From a virus: a DNA stretch of 64,000 nucleotides. Position numbers and translations under genes: made by a program. Numbering within the stretch: position 1 is the first letter of the stretch; the number at the start of each line of letters is the position of its first letter. Where the stretch lies: IMG/VR virus record IMGVR_UViG_3300022872_000001, positions 96,001 to 160,000 of that record. One strand, given 5' to 3'. The notes beneath the pieces are model-generated. The model was not told the origin of the DNA, did not search any database, and saw only the letters and a list, made by a program, of their open reading frames with translations. Of the stretch, positions 10,372 to 19,619 are shown in pieces.

Positions 10372-11004
10372 ATGGTAAATGCAAATTCAGTAATTCCTAT
10401 ATGGCTCAATACTTTCAATCCAGCCTTCTACACAGCCATAACGAATCAGGAGGACTGGTCATATACCAATGTAGGTGTAAGCGCGTGGCAACCTTTATTC
10501 CAGCAACTTGCCAATGCTTTAAGTGCCTACAAAACCTTTGATCGCTCGGCTGAGGTACAAAATTTTATGTTTAATGCATACAGCTATGTTGCATTAGACG
10601 TCCAGTTTGGAACAGGTAGTTCCTTACTCCCTTCATTTAACGCGACCAGTGTATATAGCCTTGCAGGATTTATGGCTGCATCTATCTCACGTCCAGTAAA
10701 TTACTACAACGATCTGGTTTTTCCAATTCCACCAGATACTGCCTATACCTCTGCCCTTATGGCCGCAGACGTAGCCACGGTGACGGCGGCACCTGCTTCG
10801 GAGACAGCAAATATAACAGCCTTGGTCGATGACGCACACTCTACCGTTCAATCGTGGACTAATGCAGGATTATGGGACGCACCTGTATCTACAGGGGTTC
10901 CTGTAACCAGACCTTACATGAAAAATGAATTCTTTATTACGCTAAACTGGAAGTTTGCAATCGAAGCTTTAGGCATCGGTTATCCAATTCCTCCAGGAGT
11001 TTAG
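10372..11004 (+). CDS. hypothetical baseplate-region protein (210 aa)
   Basis: In-operon ORF between the PAAR-like and gp25-like genes. No recognised motif. Confidence 0.7.
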   Translation: MVNANSVIPIWLNTFNPAFYTAITNQEDWSYTNVGVSAWQPLFQQLANALSAYKTFDRSAEVQNFMFNAYSYVALDVQFGTGSSLLPSFNATSVYSLAGFMAASISRPVNYYNDLVFPIPPDTAYTSALMAADVATVTAAPASETANITALVDDAHSTVQSWTNAGLWDAPVSTGVPVTRPYMKNEFFITLNWKFAIEALGIGYPIPPGV

Positions 11005-11013
11005 GAGACATAA

Positions 11014-11436
11014 ATGGCAGCAGCAACCGCGTACCAAATATCTACAGCAGGAGCTACCTGGATTGACGTGAACACTGACGTTACTCAAAATACGTTACCT
11101 GATCGTTTACCTGATACATTGGCGATCACTCGGTGCTCCTTGATTAATCTTTTCAATTGCCCCATAGGTTCGCGTGGCCGAATATTCCAGCCTACGTATG
11201 GTTCAATGTGGTACCAATTCCTACAAGAACCTATTGATGATATAACAGCCGGGAACATGCGTATTGCCATGATTCAAGCAATATCGAAATGGGAGCCACG
11301 CATTACCTTGGATTATTCAAATACCTCCATTACGCCGGATTTAACGATTCCAGGTTACGTGGTTAAAATATCGGGCACCGATTCCACATCAGGTGACGTT
11401 GTATCTATGCAGTTCACACAAGACCTCTCCTCGTAA
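11014..11436 (+). CDS. baseplate wedge protein gp25-like
   Basis: LFNCPIGSRGRIFQPTYGS...LQEPID...AISKWEPRITL. Confidence 0.85.
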   Translation: MAAATAYQISTAGATWIDVNTDVTQNTLPDRLPDTLAITRCSLINLFNCPIGSRGRIFQPTYGSMWYQFLQEPIDDITAGNMRIAMIQAISKWEPRITLDYSNTSITPDLTIPGYVVKISGTDSTSGDVVSMQFTQDLSS

Positions 11437-11444
11437 GGATTATT

Positions 11445-13193
11445 ATGGCAGATGAAATTCTAACTCTTTCGGATGTGACCGCAGACTTCTCGCAGTTCGT
11501 CACGCAGATGGAGAATGCACTTAACACCACAGGTACATGGAAAGGTAATCTTACTACTCAGACTTCGCAAGCTATCATTGAATTGGTCTCTACGGTAGGT
11601 ACTTTTGCACAAGGTAAGATTCTTCGTGTGTACGAAAATGCTTTCGCAGAGACTGCACAATCTGATTCAGCTATCCTTGCCAATACGCAGATGCAAGGTA
11701 TTCGGATGGCGCGTAAATTACCTGCAGGTATTACAGCTTCTATCCTGTCTACCTTGAATGTTACGGTTCCGCCTTTAACTCAGTTCCTTGTAGCTTCAAC
11801 CTACTACTTCACTCGTGAACAAATTACTCTGAGTGCTAATGTAGCTCAGAACATCACCTTGTTCCAGGGACAAATGACGGTAATCAGTACCTCAGGTTTA
11901 GGTACTGATTCACAAACCTTTGAATCCCAAGAAGATACCTTTACTGTAAGCGACCAGGACGTACAGGTATCCCTAAATGGTACAGTTCTGCCTAAGGCGC
12001 TAGGGGACCTTTGGAACTTCCGTGGAAAATCAGGCTATTCTGATCTGACGACAGCGGATGGTCGTTTGCTTTTAGTATTTGGTTCTACCGTATTCGGTAC
12101 CATACCAGGTGTCAATGACACGGTACAAATTAGTTATCCAGTTACCATAGGTGAAGCATCGAATAACCAAACGTTACTGGGTAAACCTATTTCTGTATCA
12201 GGTTACAGCACTATTTCAGGAACGGTCACATCCAATCCCTCGGGAGGAGGTGATGAAAAGCCAGTATTGGCTTATAAGAATTTGTCGTCTGGTGCGTTTG
12301 GCACCTACCTATCCGCAGTTACCCCTTCTCAATACAAGACTCTAGTTGGTGTCTACCCCGGTATTATTGATGCGTGCACTCAGGCACAACGCGAAATTAA
12401 TCCGGCTGCCGTAGAATGGATGAACATTATCCGGGTATCTGGTTTAACTGCGACACCTTGGACACAGCAGCAGAAGTTGGATTTTTGTGTCTACATGCAA
12501 ACAGTAACAATGTACTCTGGACGTTTCATCTGGACAGATGCGATTGCCATACCTCGGGACGTTTCCATTAATGTGTATTGCTTTAATACAGCAACCCTTT
12601 CAGAAGTGGAGTCCTTGGTAGAAGCCGAAATCACCGCAATGTTCGCACCTCAGCAGGGAATCCTGCAAACTAATTTCTACGAGTCTGATCTGATCGAAGC
12701 CGCGCGTATAGCAAGTAACGGTGCCATGTCTTATGCCATTGTTATCGCACCTACTTATCCCATGATCGTCACTGCACCTGAATCTCCCGTACCTACCTAC
12801 ACCTTGATTCCAGGGGGAGGTGTTCTTGGTGAGTATCAGTATGCATACGGCATATCTACAGTAAATACCGCAGGAGAAGAGGGACCTCCCGTTAATTGGG
12901 TAACTCCTCAGGTGGTTAGCACAACCAACTCCTACGCGATTCAAATCACCTGGCCAGAGGTAGATGGAACAGCTACGTATCATATATGGGGGCGCAAACC
13001 AGGCGCTATCGGTTTGCTGGCTTCCGTTGTAGCAGGTAGTCCTTTGACTTTTACAGATGATGGTTCGATTACTCCTACCGGTACTCCTCCCAATCTGTTG
13101 TCTGAGGTACCTATCCGATACAATTCGTTGAATTCTTTAACCGTTACTGCCTACTTCTCAGAACGCCAACAGCGCATTTCTACTTCTTCCTAA
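11445..13193 (+). CDS. baseplate wedge protein gp6/baseplate-J-like with an FN3-like insertion near the C-terminus
   Basis: AFAETAQSDSAI, GGGDEKPVLAYKN and AVTPSQYK gp6 motifs. Follows the gp25-like gene. Confidence 0.8.
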   Translation: MADEILTLSDVTADFSQFVTQMENALNTTGTWKGNLTTQTSQAIIELVSTVGTFAQGKILRVYENAFAETAQSDSAILANTQMQGIRMARKLPAGITASILSTLNVTVPPLTQFLVASTYYFTREQITLSANVAQNITLFQGQMTVISTSGLGTDSQTFESQEDTFTVSDQDVQVSLNGTVLPKALGDLWNFRGKSGYSDLTTADGRLLLVFGSTVFGTIPGVNDTVQISYPVTIGEASNNQTLLGKPISVSGYSTISGTVTSNPSGGGDEKPVLAYKNLSSGAFGTYLSAVTPSQYKTLVGVYPGIIDACTQAQREINPAAVEWMNIIRVSGLTATPWTQQQKLDFCVYMQTVTMYSGRFIWTDAIAIPRDVSINVYCFNTATLSEVESLVEAEITAMFAPQQGILQTNFYESDLIEAARIASNGAMSYAIVIAPTYPMIVTAPESPVPTYTLIPGGGVLGEYQYAYGISTVNTAGEEGPPVNWVTPQVVSTTNSYAIQITWPEVDGTATYHIWGRKPGAIGLLASVVAGSPLTFTDDGSITPTGTPPNLLSEVPIRYNSLNSLTVTAYFSERQQRISTSS

Positions 13194-13207
13194 TATGGAG
13201 CACTACA

Positions 13208-14401
13208 ATGGCTGATGCTTACATCGAGCAGGTACGCTTAGGATATAAGGTCCCTCGTTCTGTTCTCTTGCCCCCATATATGTCTCAAAATCCATATTTT
13301 ATGGATTTGATGAACTCTATAGATACGGTATTTTCGACACAAGTGGATGCTAAGATCGATATCTTAGCCAACATACGTAATATGTGGGTTTCAAGTCCTG
13401 CGGTAGAGCAGATTATTGTAAACCAGGAATTGATTCCCTTCTCAGCTTGGCCTCAACCTGAACGCGCCATCTTATCCAAACAGACAAATCTTTTAGGTAT
13501 GAACTTCCAAAATGCGGGAGTTCTTTCTAATGATGCGTATCAACAGGTTAGCCGTAATGTAGGCTGCTATTGGTTTCAAAAGGGCACTCAGGCTTTCATT
13601 GAGTTTATCAATTATTGCCTAGGTACCAACCTTGTTGTCGTTAGTTTATGGACGGAGGATTACGTTACCTTCGTGCCGGAGGCTGACGCAGGAACGCCTA
13701 TATGGGAAGGTGGACCGTGGTACCCTACCACACATGTGCAGATACAAAGCTTCGGAGGTTTCCAGGGATTGGATTTGGTAACGTTGAATTCATTCTTTTA
13801 TGAGATTGCAAATTATAATCTCGTACTCTACTCCATTGATGCTGCATTTGATATGTACGTAGTAGATGTTATCGAACCTAACCACACTACATTGGACGTG
13901 GTTGCCATAGGTTTGTATGGGATCAATTCCTTGGTAATGAGCACAGAGTTTAGATATGGGGCTAATGCGCCTCCCTTCCAAAGCATTTCTCCTGCTATAC
14001 CAACGCAATACAGTGCAATAGGTGCACCTGTAGACTTTAGTGATGCCTATTTATTGGCTGATCCCTCATCCTTCATTTCAGATGAATCAGGAAATAAATA
14101 CGCAGTTTATAGCGTTGCAGACCAGGCGATAACGGTAAGTGATTCATTACCCACCCAACTAATGGGACCTGCATCTGATACCGGAAACTATACGGTTCTT
14201 TATGGTCCTGTCGAATGGGTGGGAATACCAGGGTCATCGAGGTCAGCAGCTCGTATTCCTGTTTATTCAACAGGTACCCCTACCGTGACCTCTGTAGACA
14301 CGATAAGCACACGAATGATAGGACACACAAGGTCAAATATTTTGGTTAATCCCAAAGGTTTTGCAGAAATATCCCCTGGTAAATTTACTCCCTATTGGTA
14401 G
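13208..14401 (+). CDS. baseplate wedge protein gp7/P2 gpI-like
   Basis: YWFQKGTQAFIEFINYCLG resembles the gpI KGT motif. Follows the gp6-like gene. Confidence 0.65.
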   Translation: MADAYIEQVRLGYKVPRSVLLPPYMSQNPYFMDLMNSIDTVFSTQVDAKIDILANIRNMWVSSPAVEQIIVNQELIPFSAWPQPERAILSKQTNLLGMNFQNAGVLSNDAYQQVSRNVGCYWFQKGTQAFIEFINYCLGTNLVVVSLWTEDYVTFVPEADAGTPIWEGGPWYPTTHVQIQSFGGFQGLDLVTLNSFFYEIANYNLVLYSIDAAFDMYVVDVIEPNHTTLDVVAIGLYGINSLVMSTEFRYGANAPPFQSISPAIPTQYSAIGAPVDFSDAYLLADPSSFISDESGNKYAVYSVADQAITVSDSLPTQLMGPASDTGNYTVLYGPVEWVGIPGSSRSAARIPVYSTGTPTVTSVDTISTRMIGHTRSNILVNPKGFAEISPGKFTPYW

Positions 14402-14409
14402 GAATAATA

Positions 14410-15510
14410 ATGACAGCAAATATCAATCCTCTTAAGTATGATGCAACCTCGAACACTCACATGCCATTGGCTACGGGAGATACCATTCTTCCTGCGGTAG
14501 TCCCCTTATCTGCACGGGATAGCAACCAGATCAAAATACTAACGGATGGTTTGTACGTAGGTCCTATACCTGCGTTACCTATCTATTACGTAGCCAATGA
14601 AGGCTCGGATATAACTACCAATGGTAGTGAAACATCTCCCATGAAAACATTGGATTACGCACTCCAACAAATTGTCGCTCAGTCCTTGCATGGGGATAGG
14701 ATAGAAGGTGTAGTTACCATTGCATTGAAGGCTGGTGAAACCTTTGCTCTGAATAACAGCTATACCGTGGCTGGCAAATTGCGCATCGCATTCTACGGTG
14801 ACACGAATTATGGGGATTTTAATAGCACTATCGTAGGTACAGGTGCCTACCCCTATAACATGATCGATCTGGCACGTCCGGTAATTTCCAATGTGGTCAC
14901 AACCTCTGTGCCTGAAGGCGCTACGGGATTACGTCTGGTTGATACTGGTACGGTAATCCTGACAGGTATTAAGATTAATTTCCCTGCGGCTCCTATACCG
15001 AATCCTCAGTTGACCGCATACGGCAATTTATGCGATTTTGTCACAGCCACTCCTTATAGCAAAGCCACATTAATCTTGGAAGGCATGATTGCCAACATGA
15101 CGGATGTCGCCGCAGTATACGGTTTAGCAGGTGTGCATGCTCGCGCATCGCTGAATTTAATGCAATACGCATCACAGTTCCAAGTGCTTGGGATCATTGC
15201 CAACGCATCTGCTCCTGTGGCTAACTTACCACCTCGTCCTTACATGCTCAAGATGTATGGTGATTATCCAGGGGCTAATCAGCAAGCAGGCGCCCTGTCA
15301 CCTACGACAGCTAATAGCTCTTCAGGTTCTGGTTTGATGTATCTGAATTGGACAGAGACACAGGCACAGTATGTAACATCAACCGCTACGAATCAGGCAT
15401 CGTACCCTATCAATTTTGATGTGAACTACGGTTTACGGAACTACATCACTAATATTATTCGGGATATGCAAAGCCGCCCTCTCAACGTTATTGCTTCGAT
15501 GCTGTTTTAA
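14410..15510 (+). CDS. tail/baseplate-associated structural protein
   Basis: ATG at 14410 after GGAATAATA. IYYVANEGSDITTNGSETSPMKTL is a beta-helix-entry-like motif. Confidence 0.6.
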   Translation: MTANINPLKYDATSNTHMPLATGDTILPAVVPLSARDSNQIKILTDGLYVGPIPALPIYYVANEGSDITTNGSETSPMKTLDYALQQIVAQSLHGDRIEGVVTIALKAGETFALNNSYTVAGKLRIAFYGDTNYGDFNSTIVGTGAYPYNMIDLARPVISNVVTTSVPEGATGLRLVDTGTVILTGIKINFPAAPIPNPQLTAYGNLCDFVTATPYSKATLILEGMIANMTDVAAVYGLAGVHARASLNLMQYASQFQVLGIIANASAPVANLPPRPYMLKMYGDYPGANQQAGALSPTTANSSSGSGLMYLNWTETQAQYVTSTATNQASYPINFDVNYGLRNYITNIIRDMQSRPLNVIASMLF

Positions 15511-15525
15511 TTAAAAGGATTATTC

Positions 15526-17133
15526 ATGGCCGCAACACCCTTATTTTTAGCCACGGACGTAGGCTTAGCTGCTGCAAGTGTTGCAACCCCTACCGGACCG
15601 TTTGTAGAGATTGTAGCCTTCAAAATTGGTTCTGCCTACGGATACAGTCCAAGTCGCAGTGATACAGGCCTTAATGGGGCTACCCTGTACTCAGGGGTTC
15701 CCATCTCCTATCAGAATATTGGAGATAATACGATCAACATTATCCTCCAAATTCCGCCTGAGGCAGGCCCCTTTGATTTTGGTGAGGTAGGTGTTTATCT
15801 GCCTAATGATGTTATGTTTGGTAAGGCAGTATTCGATACCTTGCAGACGAAATTCTCATCATTAGGTACCAATCTTCTATCTACCTATACCTTCAACTGT
15901 TTGATCAAGTTGGAGCAATCGACTGCAATCTTCCAGATTACTACTGCATCTGGAATTCCTCCAGCAATTTGGGATGTGTACGCTTGGTCGGATGTTTATC
16001 CTCCAGGAGTATCCGCTAATCCAGATACCCCTGCAATATTGATACATGAATTGGATGTATTAAATAACTCGACACTGCTGCATAAAGCAAACGATGATAA
16101 ATGGACTTTGGGAACCAACTATGCGCGCTATGGTGAGCGTGCCGTGGTATCAGGTACAACGTCATCCGTGCAATTCGCCCAATCCCAATTCCCTGCGTCC
16201 CCGGTTAATTCGGTAAATAACCAATTCGTTCTGGAGTTTTCGGATGGCTTCTATCGCTCAGTCTCTAGCGTAGTTGTTGCCGGTTCAAATTATCAATTCA
16301 ATCTGAACCCGGCTCCTTTGCTGTCCTTGCCTACAGCAGGCGATATCGTAATGCTGCACAATAACAACGGTTATAGCTTCACTGCATTAACCGATGTGCC
16401 ATTAGCTACTCAAACCATTCAAGGGATTGCTGAGTTCTCGCATGGTTTACAAATAGTTAGTCCTGGGATAATTGCTGTTAATGGTTTGAATCATGACGCA
16501 CCTAACACTGGACGGTTATTAACGAGTTCAGATGACCTTAACACAGCCACACTGGCATCAGGTATATACACGGTAACAGGAGGTCAAGGGTACCCTGGTA
16601 ATTATCCTCCAATCGGTGCCTTACCCGGGGTCATTCACAATTCCAATACTCAGTCGGTATCAGGTAACGGATCGATTGTCCAGACCTGGTACCCCACAGG
16701 TACAGGGGGAGGGGATGGATCAGGTACAGGGGGTCAGCCTGTATATTTCAGAACATTGATTAGCGCAGGTAGTTGGAGTGCGTGGTTTCCTTTCACGATG
16801 CCGGGTAAGGTAGGTACAGGTGGTACTCGAACAGCTATTTTCTCTGGATTGGTTCAAAACTATTCCTATACCAATCCTCATACATCCCCAGGATTTTACT
16901 CATTTGCTATCAGCAGTCTATCCTCATCTGGCGGTAATACCTCAACTAATGCCATTCAGGGAGATTTGTATATAAATGGATTAGGTATTACCTTATTGGA
17001 TGATCATAGTGGCAATGGTTCACACGCTGATACTGTATGCTGCGTGGCGTACCCTGGTGAGAGTATGTACATAAATACGACAACGTACTTTGGATATCCC
17101 TGCTATCTCAACGTTACCGAAACACTTATTTAA
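15526..17133 (+). CDS. baseplate-anchored tail fibre (P2 gpH-like N-terminus, knob-like C-half)
   Basis: ATDVGLAAA...AFKIGSAYGY...GPFDFGEVGVY N-terminal anchor; DLNTATLASGIY...VYFRTLISAGSWSAW knob motif. Confidence 0.8.
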   Translation: MAATPLFLATDVGLAAASVATPTGPFVEIVAFKIGSAYGYSPSRSDTGLNGATLYSGVPISYQNIGDNTINIILQIPPEAGPFDFGEVGVYLPNDVMFGKAVFDTLQTKFSSLGTNLLSTYTFNCLIKLEQSTAIFQITTASGIPPAIWDVYAWSDVYPPGVSANPDTPAILIHELDVLNNSTLLHKANDDKWTLGTNYARYGERAVVSGTTSSVQFAQSQFPASPVNSVNNQFVLEFSDGFYRSVSSVVVAGSNYQFNLNPAPLLSLPTAGDIVMLHNNNGYSFTALTDVPLATQTIQGIAEFSHGLQIVSPGIIAVNGLNHDAPNTGRLLTSSDDLNTATLASGIYTVTGGQGYPGNYPPIGALPGVIHNSNTQSVSGNGSIVQTWYPTGTGGGDGSGTGGQPVYFRTLISAGSWSAWFPFTMPGKVGTGGTRTAIFSGLVQNYSYTNPHTSPGFYSFAISSLSSSGGNTSTNAIQGDLYINGLGITLLDDHSGNGSHADTVCCVAYPGESMYINTTTYFGYPCYLNVTETLI

Positions 17134-17142
17134 GGAACAGTA

Positions 17143-17730
17143 ATGACAGATCAATCAACTGAGGTAACGTCGGAAGTTACAACACCGAAGTATTTTCGGT
17201 ATAAGTACAATGCATTTTTTGTATTCACGGCAGCTATGGAAGCTACCGATAATACCACGGTAGTTGAGGGTACTTCGTTATGGGCTCCATATCCTGCTGC
17301 TACTGGTATGGATTCCTATTTCACAGGACACGGCTGGATTCAACTCAAGGCTTTTAGTCTCCTAACCGATGAAGTGTTCCTGTCGGCTAATACAGCATTG
17401 GCTGAATTGGATTTACAGAAAGGATTGGCAACCCTACAAGGTGCATATCCTGATGTTGAGGTGTCTACGTGGCCACGTCAAGAAGCAGATGCCATAGCCT
17501 ACCTAGCGGGTAGTCCGGCAACGGCATTCCTTTCTACTCTGGCTGCTTCAACCGGAGAGACAGTAGTTACCCTAGCTCCTAAGATTGTAGCTAAGGCTAA
17601 TGCCTACAACACACAATACGCAAACCTCTTGGGTGTCTACAAGACTGCTATTACCAACGTTACCGTTAGTGATACTTTGAAACAAAAGGTTCTCGGTAAT
17701 ATCCAATACCTACGCCATTTATTCAATTGA
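17143..17730 (+). CDS. tail fibre assembly chaperone
   Basis: YPDVEVSTWPRQEADA..Y...LSTLAASTGETVVTLAPKIVAKANAY is typical of Tfa-like chaperones. Follows the fibre gene. Confidence 0.75.
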   Translation: MTDQSTEVTSEVTTPKYFRYKYNAFFVFTAAMEATDNTTVVEGTSLWAPYPAATGMDSYFTGHGWIQLKAFSLLTDEVFLSANTALAELDLQKGLATLQGAYPDVEVSTWPRQEADAIAYLAGSPATAFLSTLAASTGETVVTLAPKIVAKANAYNTQYANLLGVYKTAITNVTVSDTLKQKVLGNIQYLRHLFN

Positions 17731-17732
17731 TC

Positions 17733-18251
17733 ATGAAACATAAACTCCAAGCCTCTATCGAGTATCCGGCAATCTGGGACGCCGAGCGTGGTATGTATGT
17801 ATGGGCTATTCCAGATAGTAAATCTATGTTATCCCTAACAGGGCTATTGGCTAACGCGCCTTTCAAAACTAAGGACGGTACGGAGTTACACTGCACTATC
17901 CTGCATTGTAAACCAGGAACTACTCTTCCGGACTATCGATCAATCACACTTCCTGAGGATAAACCTCGGTACGGTTCTGTAGTTGGCGTTCTCCATTGGA
18001 TCGATCACAAGCAACGCGATATCTTTGTATTTGATATTAAGTCAGATGACTTAAGCGAGGTTCATGATCAATTGGTATCCGTAGGTTTTCAACACTCGCA
18101 TCCTGACTTCAATCCTCATATGTCCATAGGCAAAGAACTGGAATTAGATACAGCACAGCGTATTTGGTTTAAAACCATGAATGAGAAATTGAATAACACT
18201 CCTATTGAAATTACTTTCAATTCAGAGTTATACGCAACTTCCTTAGAGTAG
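17733..18251 (+). CDS. acb1: 2H phosphoesterase, T4 57B/Acb1-like (candidate anti-CBASS nuclease)
   Basis: Two HxT/S motifs (LHCTIL and FNPHMSIG). The spacing and W...VFDIKSDDL..VH..L..VG..H...FNPH segment parallel T4 57B. Confidence 0.65.
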   Translation: MKHKLQASIEYPAIWDAERGMYVWAIPDSKSMLSLTGLLANAPFKTKDGTELHCTILHCKPGTTLPDYRSITLPEDKPRYGSVVGVLHWIDHKQRDIFVFDIKSDDLSEVHDQLVSVGFQHSHPDFNPHMSIGKELELDTAQRIWFKTMNEKLNNTPIEITFNSELYATSLE

Positions 18252-18260
18252 GTAGACGTG

Positions 18261-18300
18261 AAAAAGCCCGGTTATCTTAATTGATAACCGGGCTTTTTTT
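18261..18300. terminator. bidirectional rho-independent terminator
   Basis: AAAAAGCCCGGTTATC-ttaatt-GATAACCGGGCTTTTTTT between convergent genes. Confidence 0.9.
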
Positions 18301-18330
18301 TGGCTATACCTAAACTGGAACTAATTCCAA

Positions 18331-19251
18331 TTAGGCATATGTACCTTCATCCAGGGACAATTCTGGAATGTCTGCTGCAACCAAAGCACGGAAGGTTGGA
18401 TCAGCAGCCGAGCCACTACCTGGACCGGCAAACACAGTGTTAGCTGTTTGTGTAGCCAAGGAAACGGCCAGGGTTCCTGAAGTAGTGATTGGCGAACCAG
18501 TCACAGACAAGAACGATGGCACCGACATCGCCACCGAAGTAACCGAGCCAGTTCCCAGACCTGAAATCAACGCTTCAACTTGACCCAGATTGGTAGCTTC
18601 ACCGCTGGTAGTAGCAGTCGCAACAGTAAGTGGAACGCTGAAGGTAGTTGCACCTGCAACAGTACCACCTGTGGTCAGATCCAAGGCGTTGACATCACTG
18701 GAGGTCAGAACAACGGCACCAACCTGACCATTAACGCTTGACACCGCATTTTGAGCTTGCAAGCGCTCGTATGCTGTACCGTCCGACAGGACCCAGTCAC
18801 CAACTGCCAGTGTCAGACCTTGTTGGGTACCTGCTGCTGAAACAACCCAGTAGTTACCCTTGTTGGTAGTAGCTGCTGGCAAGGCCGGCGTATTGGTTGC
18901 GGCATTGTAAGTACCTTGGTAATCTAGTGCACCCAAAACAGCAGGTGGCAGATTACTTGTGGAGATCAAACCATTGACATCCAACGGAGCAACACCGTAG
19001 GTACCAATATCAGCAGCACCCAGAGTAATCGAGGTACCTGTCTTGCTGTTAATCGATTGAACCGCAGTACCTGCAGCAACTACAGCAGCAGCCGATGCGA
19101 TGGTATCAATAGCACCTGTACTGTCTTGGATAAAAATCTTCTTATCCGCAGTATTGATTGCAATCTGACCAACGCCCAATTGCAGAGCTGTTGGAACTGC
19201 ACCAGGTACAGCAGACCGCATGTGAATGAGTTTATTGCTAGTTAATGCCAT
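18331..19251 (-). CDS. fibre protein with T4 gp37-like N-terminal docking domain and gp36-like C-terminal DEGTY motif
   Basis: MRSAVPGAVPTALQLGVGQIAINTADKKIFIQD; SVNGQVGAVVL repeats; ends LDEGTYA. Confidence 0.75.
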   Translation of the reverse strand: MALTSNKLIHMRSAVPGAVPTALQLGVGQIAINTADKKIFIQDSTGAIDTIASAAAVVAAGTAVQSINSKTGTSITLGAADIGTYGVAPLDVNGLISTSNLPPAVLGALDYQGTYNAATNTPALPAATTNKGNYWVVSAAGTQQGLTLAVGDWVLSDGTAYERLQAQNAVSSVNGQVGAVVLTSSDVNALDLTTGGTVAGATTFSVPLTVATATTSGEATNLGQVEALISGLGTGSVTSVAMSVPSFLSVTGSPITTSGTLAVSLATQTANTVFAGPGSGSAADPTFRALVAADIPELSLDEGTYA

Positions 19252-19280
19252 AATGATGCTCCTAAATTAAGAAAAAGAAA

Positions 19281-19610
19281 TTAGGCATAAGTGCCTTCAT
19301 CCGTGAACCCACCTACTACTTGCCATGCTCCGTCACTACGCACATAGCCATTACCATCTATCGGAGCTTCCGGAATACCACCACCTGACGTATCTGCAAC
19401 CCAGGTAACAAGATCCGATTGAAGTACATACGTTATTCCCGTATCTACCGCCCGTGCCGCCATACCTGCCTCTAATCGCAAAGGTGATATGGAGGCTAAT
19501 TCAGATTGAGATGCAACAGATATCCAACCACCCTTCCCGTATTCAGCATGGTGCGTCGGGAATGATCCATTATTTATGGGTACAAGATCACTAATAATTT
19601 CAATAGACAT
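19281..19610 (-). CDS. short fibre adaptor with fibritin-foldon-like motif and C-terminal DEGTY
   Basis: GGIPEAPIDGNGYVRSDGAW versus the T4 foldon [20 protein letters not shown]. Ends FTDEGTYA. Confidence 0.75.
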   Translation of the reverse strand: MSIEIISDLVPINNGSFPTHHAEYGKGGWISVASQSELASISPLRLEAGMAARAVDTGITYVLQSDLVTWVADTSGGGIPEAPIDGNGYVRSDGAWQVVGGFTDEGTYA

Positions 19611-19619
19611 GATCGCCTC

